This document shows positions 52,552-63,234 of a stretch of DNA of 64,000 nt, one piece after another. Source of the DNA: Heterodontus francisci (lineage: Eukaryota); assembly GCF_036365525.1 (NCBI RefSeq), contig NC_090381.1, forward strand, positions 51,985,401-52,049,400. The letters run 5' to 3'. How positions within the stretch are numbered: position 1 is the stretch's first letter; every line of letters begins with the position of its first letter. A program made the translations under genes and the position numbers. Under the pieces are notes generated by a model. The model was given only the letters and a program-made list of their open reading frames with translations, had not been told where the DNA came from and did no database searches.

Positions 52552-54075
52552 GTTTTAAATGGTGTATCGTAGTAAGACACATGCTTATAAACTCAATTTT
52601 TTCCATCTGCTTGCATTTTTATATTGCCTTTTAGTCCTTCTAATCTCCCCTTTTACTTTCCAATTAAATTTTCTATATTCCCCAAGTTTTTCTTTCATGT
52701 AATTAGATCTGATTTTATCACATGCCTCCCCTTTAAGCTTCAGTTCAGTTTTAGTTTTCTATTTTTCCACAGAACCCTACCCTTCAATGCACAGTGGTTT
52801 CACTTCATCAGAAGAGATCCATTTTGGAGTCTATCCACTTCATTTTTGAACATGCTCCACTGCTATTTTGTTTTCCACCTTGCTAACTTTTTTATTAAGT
52901 TAATTTGGTCCATATCCCTTCTTATCACACTGAACCTGGTCTTTACCAGTTCATTACTGTTGTCTATCTCTTCAAAATTTGAGTACATAATTTAGGCTGA
53001 CACTTCAGTGAAAAATTTGAGGAAGTGCTGCACTTTTGGAAGTGGTGTCCTTTAGATTAGGCATTTGTTACGATCAGGTGAGGAGGGATCACAAGGCTCC
53101 CCTCTTGTCCTTCCTCATATTTGACCACAATAGGGTTTATTTCTTTTTAAATAGTGGATGTGCTAACCACATCAGCGAGTGTTTTACCTTTTACCTTTGT
53201 TGTGATCATAAAAGAACCAATCAGGCAGGTTTTCTTGAGTTTAAACAAGAAAGAGGTGAGTTTATTATACTTAACAATCTAAACCCGATCTAAATAAAAA
53301 TAATAAAATTATGCTGCACACGCACACACAAATAGATTACAGAGTGCTGAGGAATAAATTTGTGTTGGATTAGAATCCAGAACAAGTAAAAATAATATAA
53401 AATTCTGTGGAGAGAGGCCTGCCTCAACCCATGACGTCGAGAAGGGCCTGCCTCAAATTACTGGTGGTGGGGTGGCCTCAGTGCGGCCCCCCCGCTGCAC
53501 GGCGGCGGAACCACAGTTAGCATATGGTGAACGGTACTTACCTTTGCTGATTATGCAGCCCGCTGCCTCTCCATTGACACATCCTGATTTTTCGATGAAC
53601 GTCATGTGCCGTCCCGTTCACAATTAGAAAAGCCAGCGGGTCCACAGAAGCAAAATGTAAGTTTCTTTTCAGGGGTCTCACTCTCCATTCTTAAAGGCAG
53701 GGGGTCTGGGATTACTGAAGGGAAAGCGCTGCTGGCATGAAGGGAGGTACTGTGTACCATCCCTCCATTAACCGTGTACGCTCTGTGTTTGTTTATGTTT
53801 GTGAAGGAGCAATGGCACACTAGGCACCCTGTGTGTGTGGGGATGGTGCCAGAAAGGACAGGAGCATTAAGGTTTTATGGATGGTGGGGGCAATCGATTC
53901 AGCTGGTGGGATCTTGATGTGGTCATGCTGTGCCACTCAGAGTGTTGGCAAAAATGGGCAATGCCATGACATGCCACATAGTTGATCCAGGAAAGCAGCT
54001 GATGTACCTGTCAACACCAATCCCTGCCCTGTTAGTAACCTTTGAATACATGAAAGGTTCAACTTTATTTATCAC

Positions 54076-55130
54076 ATGGAAATAGGCACGGCTCATCCTA
54101 CATTGTGTGATCCTCTGCTCGTGAGGATCCGTTTGCGCCAGAGGCAATATCAACAGGCAGGTGCGATCCACACAGAGGCCCCTGGTTGTGAACAGCAGCC
54201 CCCAAGGGAAGCTTGCCATTGCAATTGCTGTGTATCTACGGGCCCCACGACATGCCATCGGATGTCAGAACACCAGTGTCAGAGGCGATTGCGCATGTAG
54301 AGAGGGTGGTAACATGTCTCTGTGCCCTGCTCAAGGATGACCTGCAGCCCATGGGCTCCGGTGGACATCCCATGCCTTTGTTCCTCATAGTGGCAGCGGT
54401 TCTCAAGCCTGATGCCTCTGCAGCTTTTTAGGGACCCACCAGAGACCTTTGTGGGGGTCATATAGTCAGCATTGCATCCCTGCATCAGGAAGGTCACCAA
54501 TGCCCTGCACCGAAGCGCCAGTGAGAATGTCCGCTTCAGGATGGACTCTCACAGCCAGGCCCAGAGGACCATTGGTTCTGGCACCATTGCCAGAGAACCA
54601 CAGGCTGTAATGTTCATAGACTGCACACATGTGGACATCAGGCCTCCCGCCAGGCTACCACCTGCAGACGTCACCATTAAAGGAGCCCTCTCAATCAAGG
54701 TGAAACCGGTATGTGATCACGCAGATGCTTGCAACGAATGTGTGACCGCTTCTCAGGCAGCTGCCATGACACCTGGGTCTTGCGCCAGTCCCAGCTGCCA
54801 CCGCTGTTCACTGAACTGGCTCAGATGGAGGGGTGGCTTCTTGGAGATAATGGCACTCCTTTGCAGACATGGCTCCCGACACCAGTGAGAGACTTCACCA
54901 CTTCTGTAGAGGAGAGATACAATGCCAGCCACTGAGCTACATGAGCCACCATTGAGTAGGAGATCAGCATGCTGGAAGAGTGCCTCCAATGCCTGTATAG
55001 ATAGGGCGATGACCTGTACTATGGGCCGAACAGACCAGCTCCTTTCTTTGCTGCTCTGCACAAATATGCACCCAATAGGGACCAGGCCTGGCATGATGAG
55101 GAGAGACGTCAATAGGATTCCTCCTCAGAC
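54076..55130 (+). pseudogene. Harbinger DDE transposase pseudogene
   Basis: CIRKVTNAL, FIDCTHVDI, SIKVKPVCDH, FSGSCHDTWVL, WLLGDNG, EERYNASH; frameshifts and stops. Confidence 0.82.
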
Positions 55131-55791
55131 TATGAGGACACTGAAGACCTACAACATGAAAGACGCATGGGAGGGCAGATGGTACCCAGGCTCTGCATGC
55201 AGGGCTGGCAGTGAGCTAGGGATGTATGGCAGTGGCTTATCAGACAAATGCTGCCTGCTCCATAGGAACCGACATGAGCTCTGAAAGCCGCACATCACCC
55301 TCACTCACCTGCTGTGCACCAGTCCACATCTGCAGCATCCCTGTGTAAACCATTAGAGGCAGCAGCTGACTGAGCCAATGTCCATGTCACTGCATCCGTG
55401 GAGATGCTCATGAGTAATGGTGGCATGGCATTGATGTTATTGCATACGTTGGCTACCCTGAAGGGCCAATGGAGCAAAGGAATGTGACATTGGCGCTACA
55501 TGCTGGCACACATCATTCACACAGAGAAAAAGGACACACATGTTGGTGAGGAATATTTCGTGAAAGATGTATTTACATTGCTGTGACACCCATGCATTCC
55601 CATTTGTTTTAGTGTGTTCTCTGTAAACCTCTAAAACCTTTTATGGTTTATTGAAGTCTCACATCCTGGATTGTGCAAATTTAAGATTATTCACCCAGGT
55701 GCGGCACGCCCACAAGAAGGAATGTTACACTTGAGTGGAAGAAGAGGATCGCAACTTCACAGGACACTGGGACACAGCAGGGTAAGTATGG

Positions 55792-55978
55792 GGCAGCAAA
55801 GCAGAAAGTGCTGGGGAAACTCAGCAGGTCAAGCAGCATCTGTGGAGAGAGAATGCCAGCCACTGAGCTACATGAGCCACCTTTCAGGTCTGTGAACTTG
55901 GATAAGTTAACTCTGCTTCTCTCTCCACTGATGCTGCCTGACCTGCTGGATTTCTGCAGAACTTTCTGCTTTGCTGCC
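55792..55978. mobile_element. Penelope-derived fold-back element with a 30-bp locally templated patch
   Basis: ggcagcaaagcagaaagt..tgtggagagaga is the reverse complement of tctctctccactg..actttctgctttgctgcc; 55852-55881 is identical to 54921-54950. Confidence 0.72.
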
Positions 55979-58052
55979 AGATTGACAGCAGCCCCGCTCT
56001 TCATCAGTCAGGTAAGTACTCTTTGACAGCTGTCAGGAAGCAGGTGCTGGGGCGCTTAAAATAGGGGCCCAGTACCTGCTGCACAACTGTCAAAAACTCT
56101 CCCACTGCGCCAAATGTCCCGCCTCTTCCCACATAATATGGGGAGGGCGGCTCGGCGCCATGTTTCTAACAAGTCCCTGTGCGCAATATTGCGGTGGCCG
56201 CTCAATGCAAACACCCCGCTGAGTTAAAAGGGCACTGCCGCACAGCGCGGCGCCCAAATAAAATTCAGCTCAGTGTATTGTCTGGTTACCTTCCAATGCG
56301 ATTCAAGTTTAGGAATTTCTATCTCTCAAGCCTCATGGTGCCAATGCTTTCCCCTGGAGGGGTTCACCCTTTCAATGTCTTTGAATGTCTTGCTAATGAA
56401 AGCAGTCTCAGGTAGCTCAATCAATAGGGCAAGCCATTATTTTGGGTACAGGCTAATCAGACACGTGTCTCCACTTTTGATGCCTTGGAATGTGCAAGGT
56501 TTTCAAATGTAGATGGTGGCCGCCATTTTTAGCTGCAACAAAGTCTTTGTAAACGTTTTCTGTAATATTCTAGCTTTCCTTCTTTTTTAAGTTTAATATA
56601 AGTTTCCAACCGATGAACTAAAATTCCTCATTTGGCATAGCATGTTTTCTTGACCCATTAAACAGAGCCCTGTCTTCCCTCTCAAGTTTATGGGAAAAGA
56701 TCTTCGGGCACTATTCAAAAAAAAAAGCATAAGAATTTTCCCGGAATTCTGGCCAAATTTATCCCTAAACCAACAATCGCTAAAAACAGATTACCTAGTC
56801 AATAATCTCATTGCTATCTGTGGACCAATGCTGTGTGAAAATTGCCTGCTGCATTTCTCTATATTACAGCAGTGGTCACACTTCAAAAATACTTCATTGG
56901 CAATGAAGTGTTATTGAACAAAATGCAGCTTAGGCTGAGATATTCTGATATACTTCAATTACAGTTATACCTATGATGACCTAGACTCTGAATAATAATA
57001 ATAATCAAACACAAACTACTTCTTGTAATTCTCACTCTTGTAACAGTACTTGTGTTATCGTATATATTCTTATTTAATGCATCATTGTGTCCAACATCAT
57101 TTGAAATGAATGGCAAATAGGAATATTGTACATTGCTCAGTTTTGTACAGTGTTCCAGTTGTAATAGACTGGCTTGAGTATGATTAATATAATTGTTATC
57201 TGTATTAGGTATCATCCAAAAGCAAGATAATGCAAAGGAGAACACATTAAGGCATCTTAATTGCTAAATGAAGCAAGAATCCAATATGGTTGGTATAACA
57301 AAAATAATAATCGAGTATATAAACTCTGCTGAACTTCATCAACAAGTTTAATCTTAAGTTCCATCATATTTACTCCACTCAGACAGCTTAACAGGAAATT
57401 CGAAAAGGCTTTGAAGGTTGGACTGGATTGCAATGCCTGACTCTATACTTACTTCACACCAGCATCCTTTTATTTAAAAACCAGAAACCATTCTAACTTC
57501 CTGTCCCTGACGTTAGAAGATTATTTTATTTATATCCAAGCTATCAGCTCATGTACTCACAAATTTGTAAAACAAGACACAAAAAGTAGGACAATGCAAG
57601 ATTATATGAAATGTTAATTGTATCATAGCTGTCAGTTAATAGCTTAAGTCACTAAACCCAAAGGAAAATAATAGTGTACAGCACAGAGAGATAACTTATG
57701 TAAAATGTTTGTTCAACTAGGACTGGAAGAAAATGACCAAAGATGGAAGACAACAACTTTTCACAGACATCCCTAAAGAACCAGTTGAACATCCAGAGGA
57801 TGGTTAAATTGCCCAACACTACAACAGCTAACCTATTAAATGGAAGAAGTCATGTGTTTTATGTTCATATTATAAATGAATAGCTGAAAACTGGAAACTT
57901 GGAACTCACCCATGATACATTGAATAAGAACTGCAAACGTAACCTTGCGAAGCCACAATGTAATCATGCATATTGATCATAGCTCGGATACCATTATTGC
58001 ACAAAACACCGGCGGATACATCTTGATATACTTCAGTTACAATTATACCTAT

Positions 58053-59001
58053 TGTTACGGTCAGGTGAGGAGGGGTTGAAGAGCTTCCCATTTTTCCCTC
58101 CCTTGTTTGTACTGGCCAATTCATTAGGTGTTTGATTACTTACTTGCTATGATCATCACAAGAAACAATCGGACAGGTTTTCTTGAATTAACAAAGAGGT
58201 TAACTTTATTGTAGCTAAACCGAACTAATAAGAATAATAAACAATGCGCCAACTTTCACTCACACACACATACTAGAAGTTTACACACACACAAATAGGT
58301 TACAAAGTGGGGAAAGGCAGATTGGTTGAGTTAGAGTCCATAGAAGAAAAGGTATACAGTCTATGGAGTTTGGTGATTCGGCTGGCTTCTCGCATAATTC
58401 AGTGGTCCTGTGGCTTTTAATTGGAAGAGGTAGATGACTGGTTCAGTGGATCTCTTGGAGACAGCGATGCAGATGATTTCCTCCAAAGGGGTTTCTGATT
58501 GTAGCCGGAGTATGCAGAGGTGGTCAGTCAACAGGCAGGATTTGAAAGCTTTCAAGGTGGAATGGAGAGCGAGAGAGAGAGAGAGAGAGCCCCCCCCCCC
58601 CACCTTAGGCCTGCACGTGTCACAGTCCACGTGCTTCTCTTCTCTCTGCTGCAGAAGAGCACAAGCTTAAAACCACAGATGGGGAGGGGCTTGTCACATG
58701 ATAGTCAGTGATTCAAAACATAGCAGTTAGCAGTATTTCTCTCTTGCTAAAGAGAACAGGTAGTTCCTTTAAACTTCCTGGATCTTGGTTCATGCTGGGG
58801 CATGAGCAGACATTTCTCCGCCCTCCTCACAAGCATTGCAGTGTCAGATACAATGCTGCAAATTAGGTAGCCATCTTAAGCTGCCAGCAAAGTCATCCTT
58901 TTAGCTCATCATTTTAAAACATCTTAAAAAAAATACAAATCCAGATCTCCAGGCAGTGGATTCAAGAATATTATCATTCAACAAAGCACACTGGCATAAC
59001 A
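58053..59001 (-). mobile_element. Solo LTR (Gypsy-type)
   Basis: TGTTACG...ATAACA termini; perfect 4-bp TSD CTAT (58049-58052, 59002-59005). Confidence 0.85.
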
Positions 59002-59019
59002 CTATGATGATCTAGACTA

Positions 59020-59245
59020 AAAAGAAAGACTTGCATTTATATAGTGCTTTTCACAACCACTGGACATCTCCAAGTGCTTTACAGCCAATGAAGTACTTTA
59101 GAGGTATGGCCACTGTTGAAATGTAGGGAACCCGACAGCCAATTTGCACACAGAAAACACCCATAAACAGCAATGTGATAATGACCAGGTAATCCGTTTT
59201 TTGTGATGTTGATTGAGGGATAAATATTGACCAGGACCTGATGAA
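59020..59245 (-). mobile_element. Deu-domain SINE 3' half
   Basis: Reverse complement of the 56745-56912 sequence plus tail gcactatataaatgcaagtctttcttt. Confidence 0.72.
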
Positions 59246-59297
59246 TAATATCAAATAAATTCCTTATAGTAGTTCTCAACCTTTTGATGGTACCTGC

Positions 59298-60040
59298 TGT
59301 TGTGATATTGCTTTAACTTCTTGAGTATTAGTTAACATACTGTTGAATAATATGTAAATGGTATAGTATACATCACAGGATGTGATGTAAGCCAACACAT
59401 GATATAGCAATTGGAGCAGTGTTAGTCAACAATAAGCATGTGTATCTGAGAGCGCTCCTGTAAGTCTGTTATTTTGTAATAAAGAGCCCTTCATTCAAAT
59501 TACCTTTCAGCCTCAGATTGTTTGGTACGCTTGTGTTGAGGAATCAATAACACAATAACACATGGCGGCAGCTGAACACAACAAAGTAAAGAGGTGCTCA
59601 ACGTGCCAGTACCCGTGTTCAATGGGGTTGGAGATCACCAGCCATGACTACATGACTACTGAAAAGTCAATGCAGTAACGAAGGCAGACTCCTACCCAAT
59701 TTCTCATTCAGAAGACTGTATGGACAGAGTGGACAACACCATGTGTCTTACAGAGATAAATGTGTTGAAGGGATATTGTCAAATTCCTTTGACACCCCAA
59801 GATAAGGATAAGTCAGTTTTTGTTACACTAGTTGGGTTTTTTCAGTATTAAGTGATACCACACAGGTTAATGGGTACTTGAGAAACTTTCCAGAGAATAG
59901 TGAACCCGGTAGTGGCCAGTGTTCCTAACTGTACAGTTCACTTGGCTGAGGTGATGGTCTATAGGGATACTTGGAAGGAAAACATGGAACAACTGGGAGA
60001 TTATGTTTGGAAGGTTGCAATAGGCTGAATGGGACAACCT
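59298..60040 (+). mobile_element. Internally deleted Gypsy element: short LTR (59298-59560), PBS-like tggcggcagc, RT remnant
   Basis: TG..CA termini with AATAAA; 59655-59870 reads DY*KVNAVTKADSYPI..EDCMDRV..LKGYCQIPLTP..FVT..GFFQY. Confidence 0.7.
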
Positions 60041-60921
60041 TTGAAAAAAAATTAAAGTCAATATGTTTTAATGGAGCTTATTGTTACAGCCTTATCATTT
60101 GAAGATTGTACATATTTCGGGGAAAAACAATGTTATCACCGATGCTTTGTCACAAATTTAACCTTGTTAACTTACATGAATGGCGATGGTGCAAAGAAAC
60201 ATTGTTAATTATCAGTAGAATGAATGGGGACATGAATGTGAAAATATGTTTGGAGTTTTTTTTAATGCCTGTATCCAATAGTCACAATTAATTTGCTTGA
60301 CCCTCTCAAATTCTACATAAGTCTGTCCAGCCAATCTCCATAAATTCCAAAACTTCTGATGGTAGGGACTAACTCATATGCAGCGAGAATAGCCTTTTTT
60401 GCCATCCCAATCTGCAGAAGCCTCTTCAGGAAGCATGCCATAAACTTTGTGAGCTCTGCCTATCAACCTGCTTTGCATAAGCAGTGTCCAGCTTTCCTTT
60501 GGTCATTTCATTTGTTTGGTTATTTTTTCAAAAGATATAAAAAATGTCTCTACGCCCTTTCCTCAAACTTAGGAACAGCTTGTATGAATTTAAACAGCTT
60601 GTTGCTGGGTCCTAGGCTGAATTCGGATTCTTCCTGACCAGAACTTTCCCTGGATTCAAGACTACCCCTTTTTCTTAGTTCCATCTCTTTTAACCTAAAT
60701 TCCTTCTCTTCTCTTTCACTTTCTCTCTGAAGTTCGGGTTTTCTTATTGCTGTTGCTGTTTATTTTTCTTGTTCAAGTTTTCTTAATTCTTTTGCATGCT
60801 CAAGTTTTTTAGTTTCCAACTGAATTCTAGCCAATTCCGCTGTATCACTCTCTGACATACTATCTTCTCGTTCTTTGTCTTCTTTTTCTTCCAATTCCAA
60901 AAGTTGGGTTATTATGTCAAT

Positions 60922-61828
60922 TGTTACGACCAGGTGAGAAAGGGATCTAGCGTTCCCTCTCAGCCTTCATCTGGTCTTACTGCAACAGGGTTTTATTTAT
61001 AACACACCATTTTTTTAGCTGCTCCTTAGTTAATCCTTGTTCACTGCTTTCCAATTATAAGGCAAAGAAACCAGCCAAACAGGTTTTCTTAGGTTTAAAG
61101 AGGAAAGGTTGAACTTTATTAAACATAAACTCTAATTCAGTTAACGCCTACAGATACACGACACTCCCACGCTAGCATGCATACGTGATAAACACACATG
61201 CAGATAGAGACAGAAAAGAGGAAATAAAGTGGAAAAGTTTGAGGCAATATCTGAAGGTGGTTTTGGTTACTGTTCTTCGAGCTTGCTATAGAAGTCCTTG
61301 ATTGTATGTAGATCTTGCTTTTCATTGGGGCCCAGTATTCTTCTTAAACCTTGTTTGATATATGAGACTTTTCTCTCTTGAGGTTCACGTCTTCAGTGGA
61401 TTTGGACTTCCATGAGAAAGAGACGGAAGCAGACAGGTGAGGCTGTGGCGCACCAGCCAGGTGAGGTCTTTACAGTCCAGGAGCAAACAGTCTCTCTCCT
61501 CTCAAACTGTCTGTACAATTCAAAAAACCTCAGGTTGATCAGCAAGTTAGTCATGTGACTAGCTGGTTTGACCACATCTGTTTGTGGATTCAGCCATCTT
61601 AGCTTCCTCACCTTCAATGTCTGGTGATCAAAGTCCATTGTGGGTTGAATGTGTCAGGGAATTGTCCTTTGTCTCCACAAGCACTGTCTGTTAGAATGTA
61701 AATGTTTTTTCCAGCCACAGCTGATCTGTTAAACAAGTAATTTCCTCGCTCCAGCAACAGTTTACAATCAATGTTCATATGACAAAATTAATATGCCTCA
61801 TTCTTGGCAGGTGGGGGTCTGCATGACA
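60922..61828 (-). mobile_element. Solo LTR (same family as 49886-50816)
   Basis: TGTTACG...ATGACA termini; perfect TSD CAAT (60918-60921, 61829-61832). Confidence 0.87.
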
Positions 61829-61935
61829 CAATTATCATTGCTTTTTGGCACCTGATTTCAACACTAACCTCAAATTTTCTGCCAAGTCTTTTAGTTTATT
61901 CTTAGTTAAAGTTGTCAAGTCACTGAGGGACACAT

Positions 61936-62168
61936 AATAAAAGCAAAATACTGCGGATGCTGGAAATCTGAAATAAAAACAAGAAATGCTGGAACCACTC
62001 AGCAGGTCTGGCAGCATCTGTGGAAAGAGAAGCAGAGTTAACGTTTCGGGTCAGTGACCCTTCTGCGGTTCCGAAGAAGGGTCACTGACCCGAAACATTA
62101 ACTCTGCTTCTCTTTCCACAGATGCTGCCAGACCTGCTGAGTGGTTCCAGCATTTCTTGTTTTTATTA
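61936..62168. mobile_element. Young Penelope-derived fold-back element
   Basis: 97-nt arms 61972-62068 / 62071-62167 with 2 mismatches and a 2-nt spacer; 36-nt extra tail 61936-61971; perfect 16-bp TSD TCACTGAGGGACACAT (61920-61935, 62169-62184). Confidence 0.92.
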
Positions 62169-62366
62169 TCACTGAGGGACACATTCTCTTTTCTCAGAAA
62201 CTCTGCTGCAACTACTAATGCCATTCACATGATACACCATTTACCCTTAAATACAAGAAGCCTGGTTCCTTTTATTTTTTAGCTTTCAAATTATTACTCT
62301 CACTTATAATTCACGTAATTGGTGTTGGATTTGGATTGGATCCTGGACAATTGAGCAATAAATATG

Positions 62367-62385
62367 ATCCCGGACGTGCTGCCCA
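62367..62385 (-). promoter_or_regulatory. Primer-binding site (tRNA-Pro-like) of the Gypsy element
   Basis: TGGGCAGCACGTCCGGGAT resembles the tRNA-Pro PBS TGGGGGCTCGTCCGGGAT; 7 nt after the LTR end TGTAACA. Confidence 0.6.
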
Positions 62386-62392
62386 ATTAATA

Positions 62393-63050
62393 TGTTACAA
62401 CTGAAGCGGGAGTAATGACTGTCAATTCAGTCCCACTACTCCACAGGTCATAGCATATTATTAAACTTTTCCCACTTATCAGAAAATAGCCAAATTAAAC
62501 ACTTTATTAACCCCCAGAATAAAACAGACCAAACTAGGTATCTTTAAACAACAACAAATTTACTTTATTTATTAATAAACTAACTCTTAAACACTATTGA
62601 AATAAACCAATGTCTAAAAGACTTTATAACTTTTTATTTCTCCGAACCCTAATGCACACACATACATTCAAAAAGCAACCATTAACCGGTTTAAAAATGA
62701 TGTTTCCTAGGAATAAGTAAGTAGCTGGGTTGTAAGTCCTGGTGATTTACATTCCCAGTTGGTGAGGTGTCCCAGAGTAGAATAATCAGATGCCACTTGA
62801 AGTCTCCAGGCGAATTTGACAGTCTATAACAGATAGGCGTTCAAAGCACTTTGGTTGTAGCAGGCGTCACACAGTTCTTTCAACAAGGAGTATAGCAACA
62901 GGTCTATTGGGATTTTAAAATTGGTAGTCTTGCAGTAGAAACTTTACTGAGAATTCCAGAAAGCACAAACAGACAACAGAGAGTCACTTCTGAGGCAAAG
63001 ACTTCTTAGAGTTTGGAAGTAAAAAAGGAATTTGCTACCTCCAACCATAC
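62393..63050 (-). mobile_element. 5' LTR of the Gypsy element (far boundary uncertain)
   Basis: Minus strand ends TGTAACA at 62393, followed by PBS and gag. Confidence 0.6.
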
Positions 63051-63234
63051 AACTGTTCATTTCCAGAGTTTGTTACCTGCCCTATACAAAGAAAATTTAG
63101 AGGGAACATTGCTGTCAATGGTGCATTTGTGACTGATTGCATCTCGGTTGGTAGTTACCCTCAGACCTGCAGAAAGGCTAAGCCACATCAATGAATACAT
63201 GAAGATATTTCACCACAAACGAGTGGGCAACCAT

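Larger units (their letters stand above)
53405..56271 (+). mobile_element. Decayed Harbinger transposon
   Basis: Transposase remnant 54076-55130; right TIR ataaaattcagctc (~56258-56271); left end uncertain. Confidence 0.75.
53066..56655 (-). mobile_element. Solo LTR (Gypsy-type) carrying a Harbinger insertion
   Basis: Starts TGTTACGATCAGGTGAGGAGGG like 58053; ends TGACC; TSD CATT (53062-53065, 56656-56659). Confidence 0.72.
52978..56912 (+). mobile_element. Deu-domain SINE split by an LTR (5' part 52978-53065, 3' part 56656-56912)
   Basis: ctgacacttcagtg..gtgctgcac..ctttagattaggcatt joins aaacagagccctgtc..aagatcttcgggcactattc..acttcattggc. Confidence 0.75.
60290..62224 (-). pseudogene. Gypsy gag remnant, interrupted by a solo LTR and a fold-back element
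   Basis: MALVVAAEFLRKENVSLSDLTTLTKNKLKDLAENL..ELARIQLE..LVPKFEER..FFISFEKI..MKWPKESWTLLMQSRLIGRA..YELVP. Lies downstream of an LTR and PBS. Confidence 0.75.

Noticed and set aside
61972-62167. miRNA precursor or DNA-transposon MITE interpretation of the hairpins
   Set aside because: The arms match a PLE terminus, TSDs are long and variable (11-16 bp) and the ends are asymmetric, unlike cut-and-paste MITEs. There is no expression evidence for a miRNA.
59298-63050. A single intact Gypsy provirus
   Set aside because: The RT remnant is on + and gag on -, each with its own LTR and PBS; both are decayed, so they are two separate elements.
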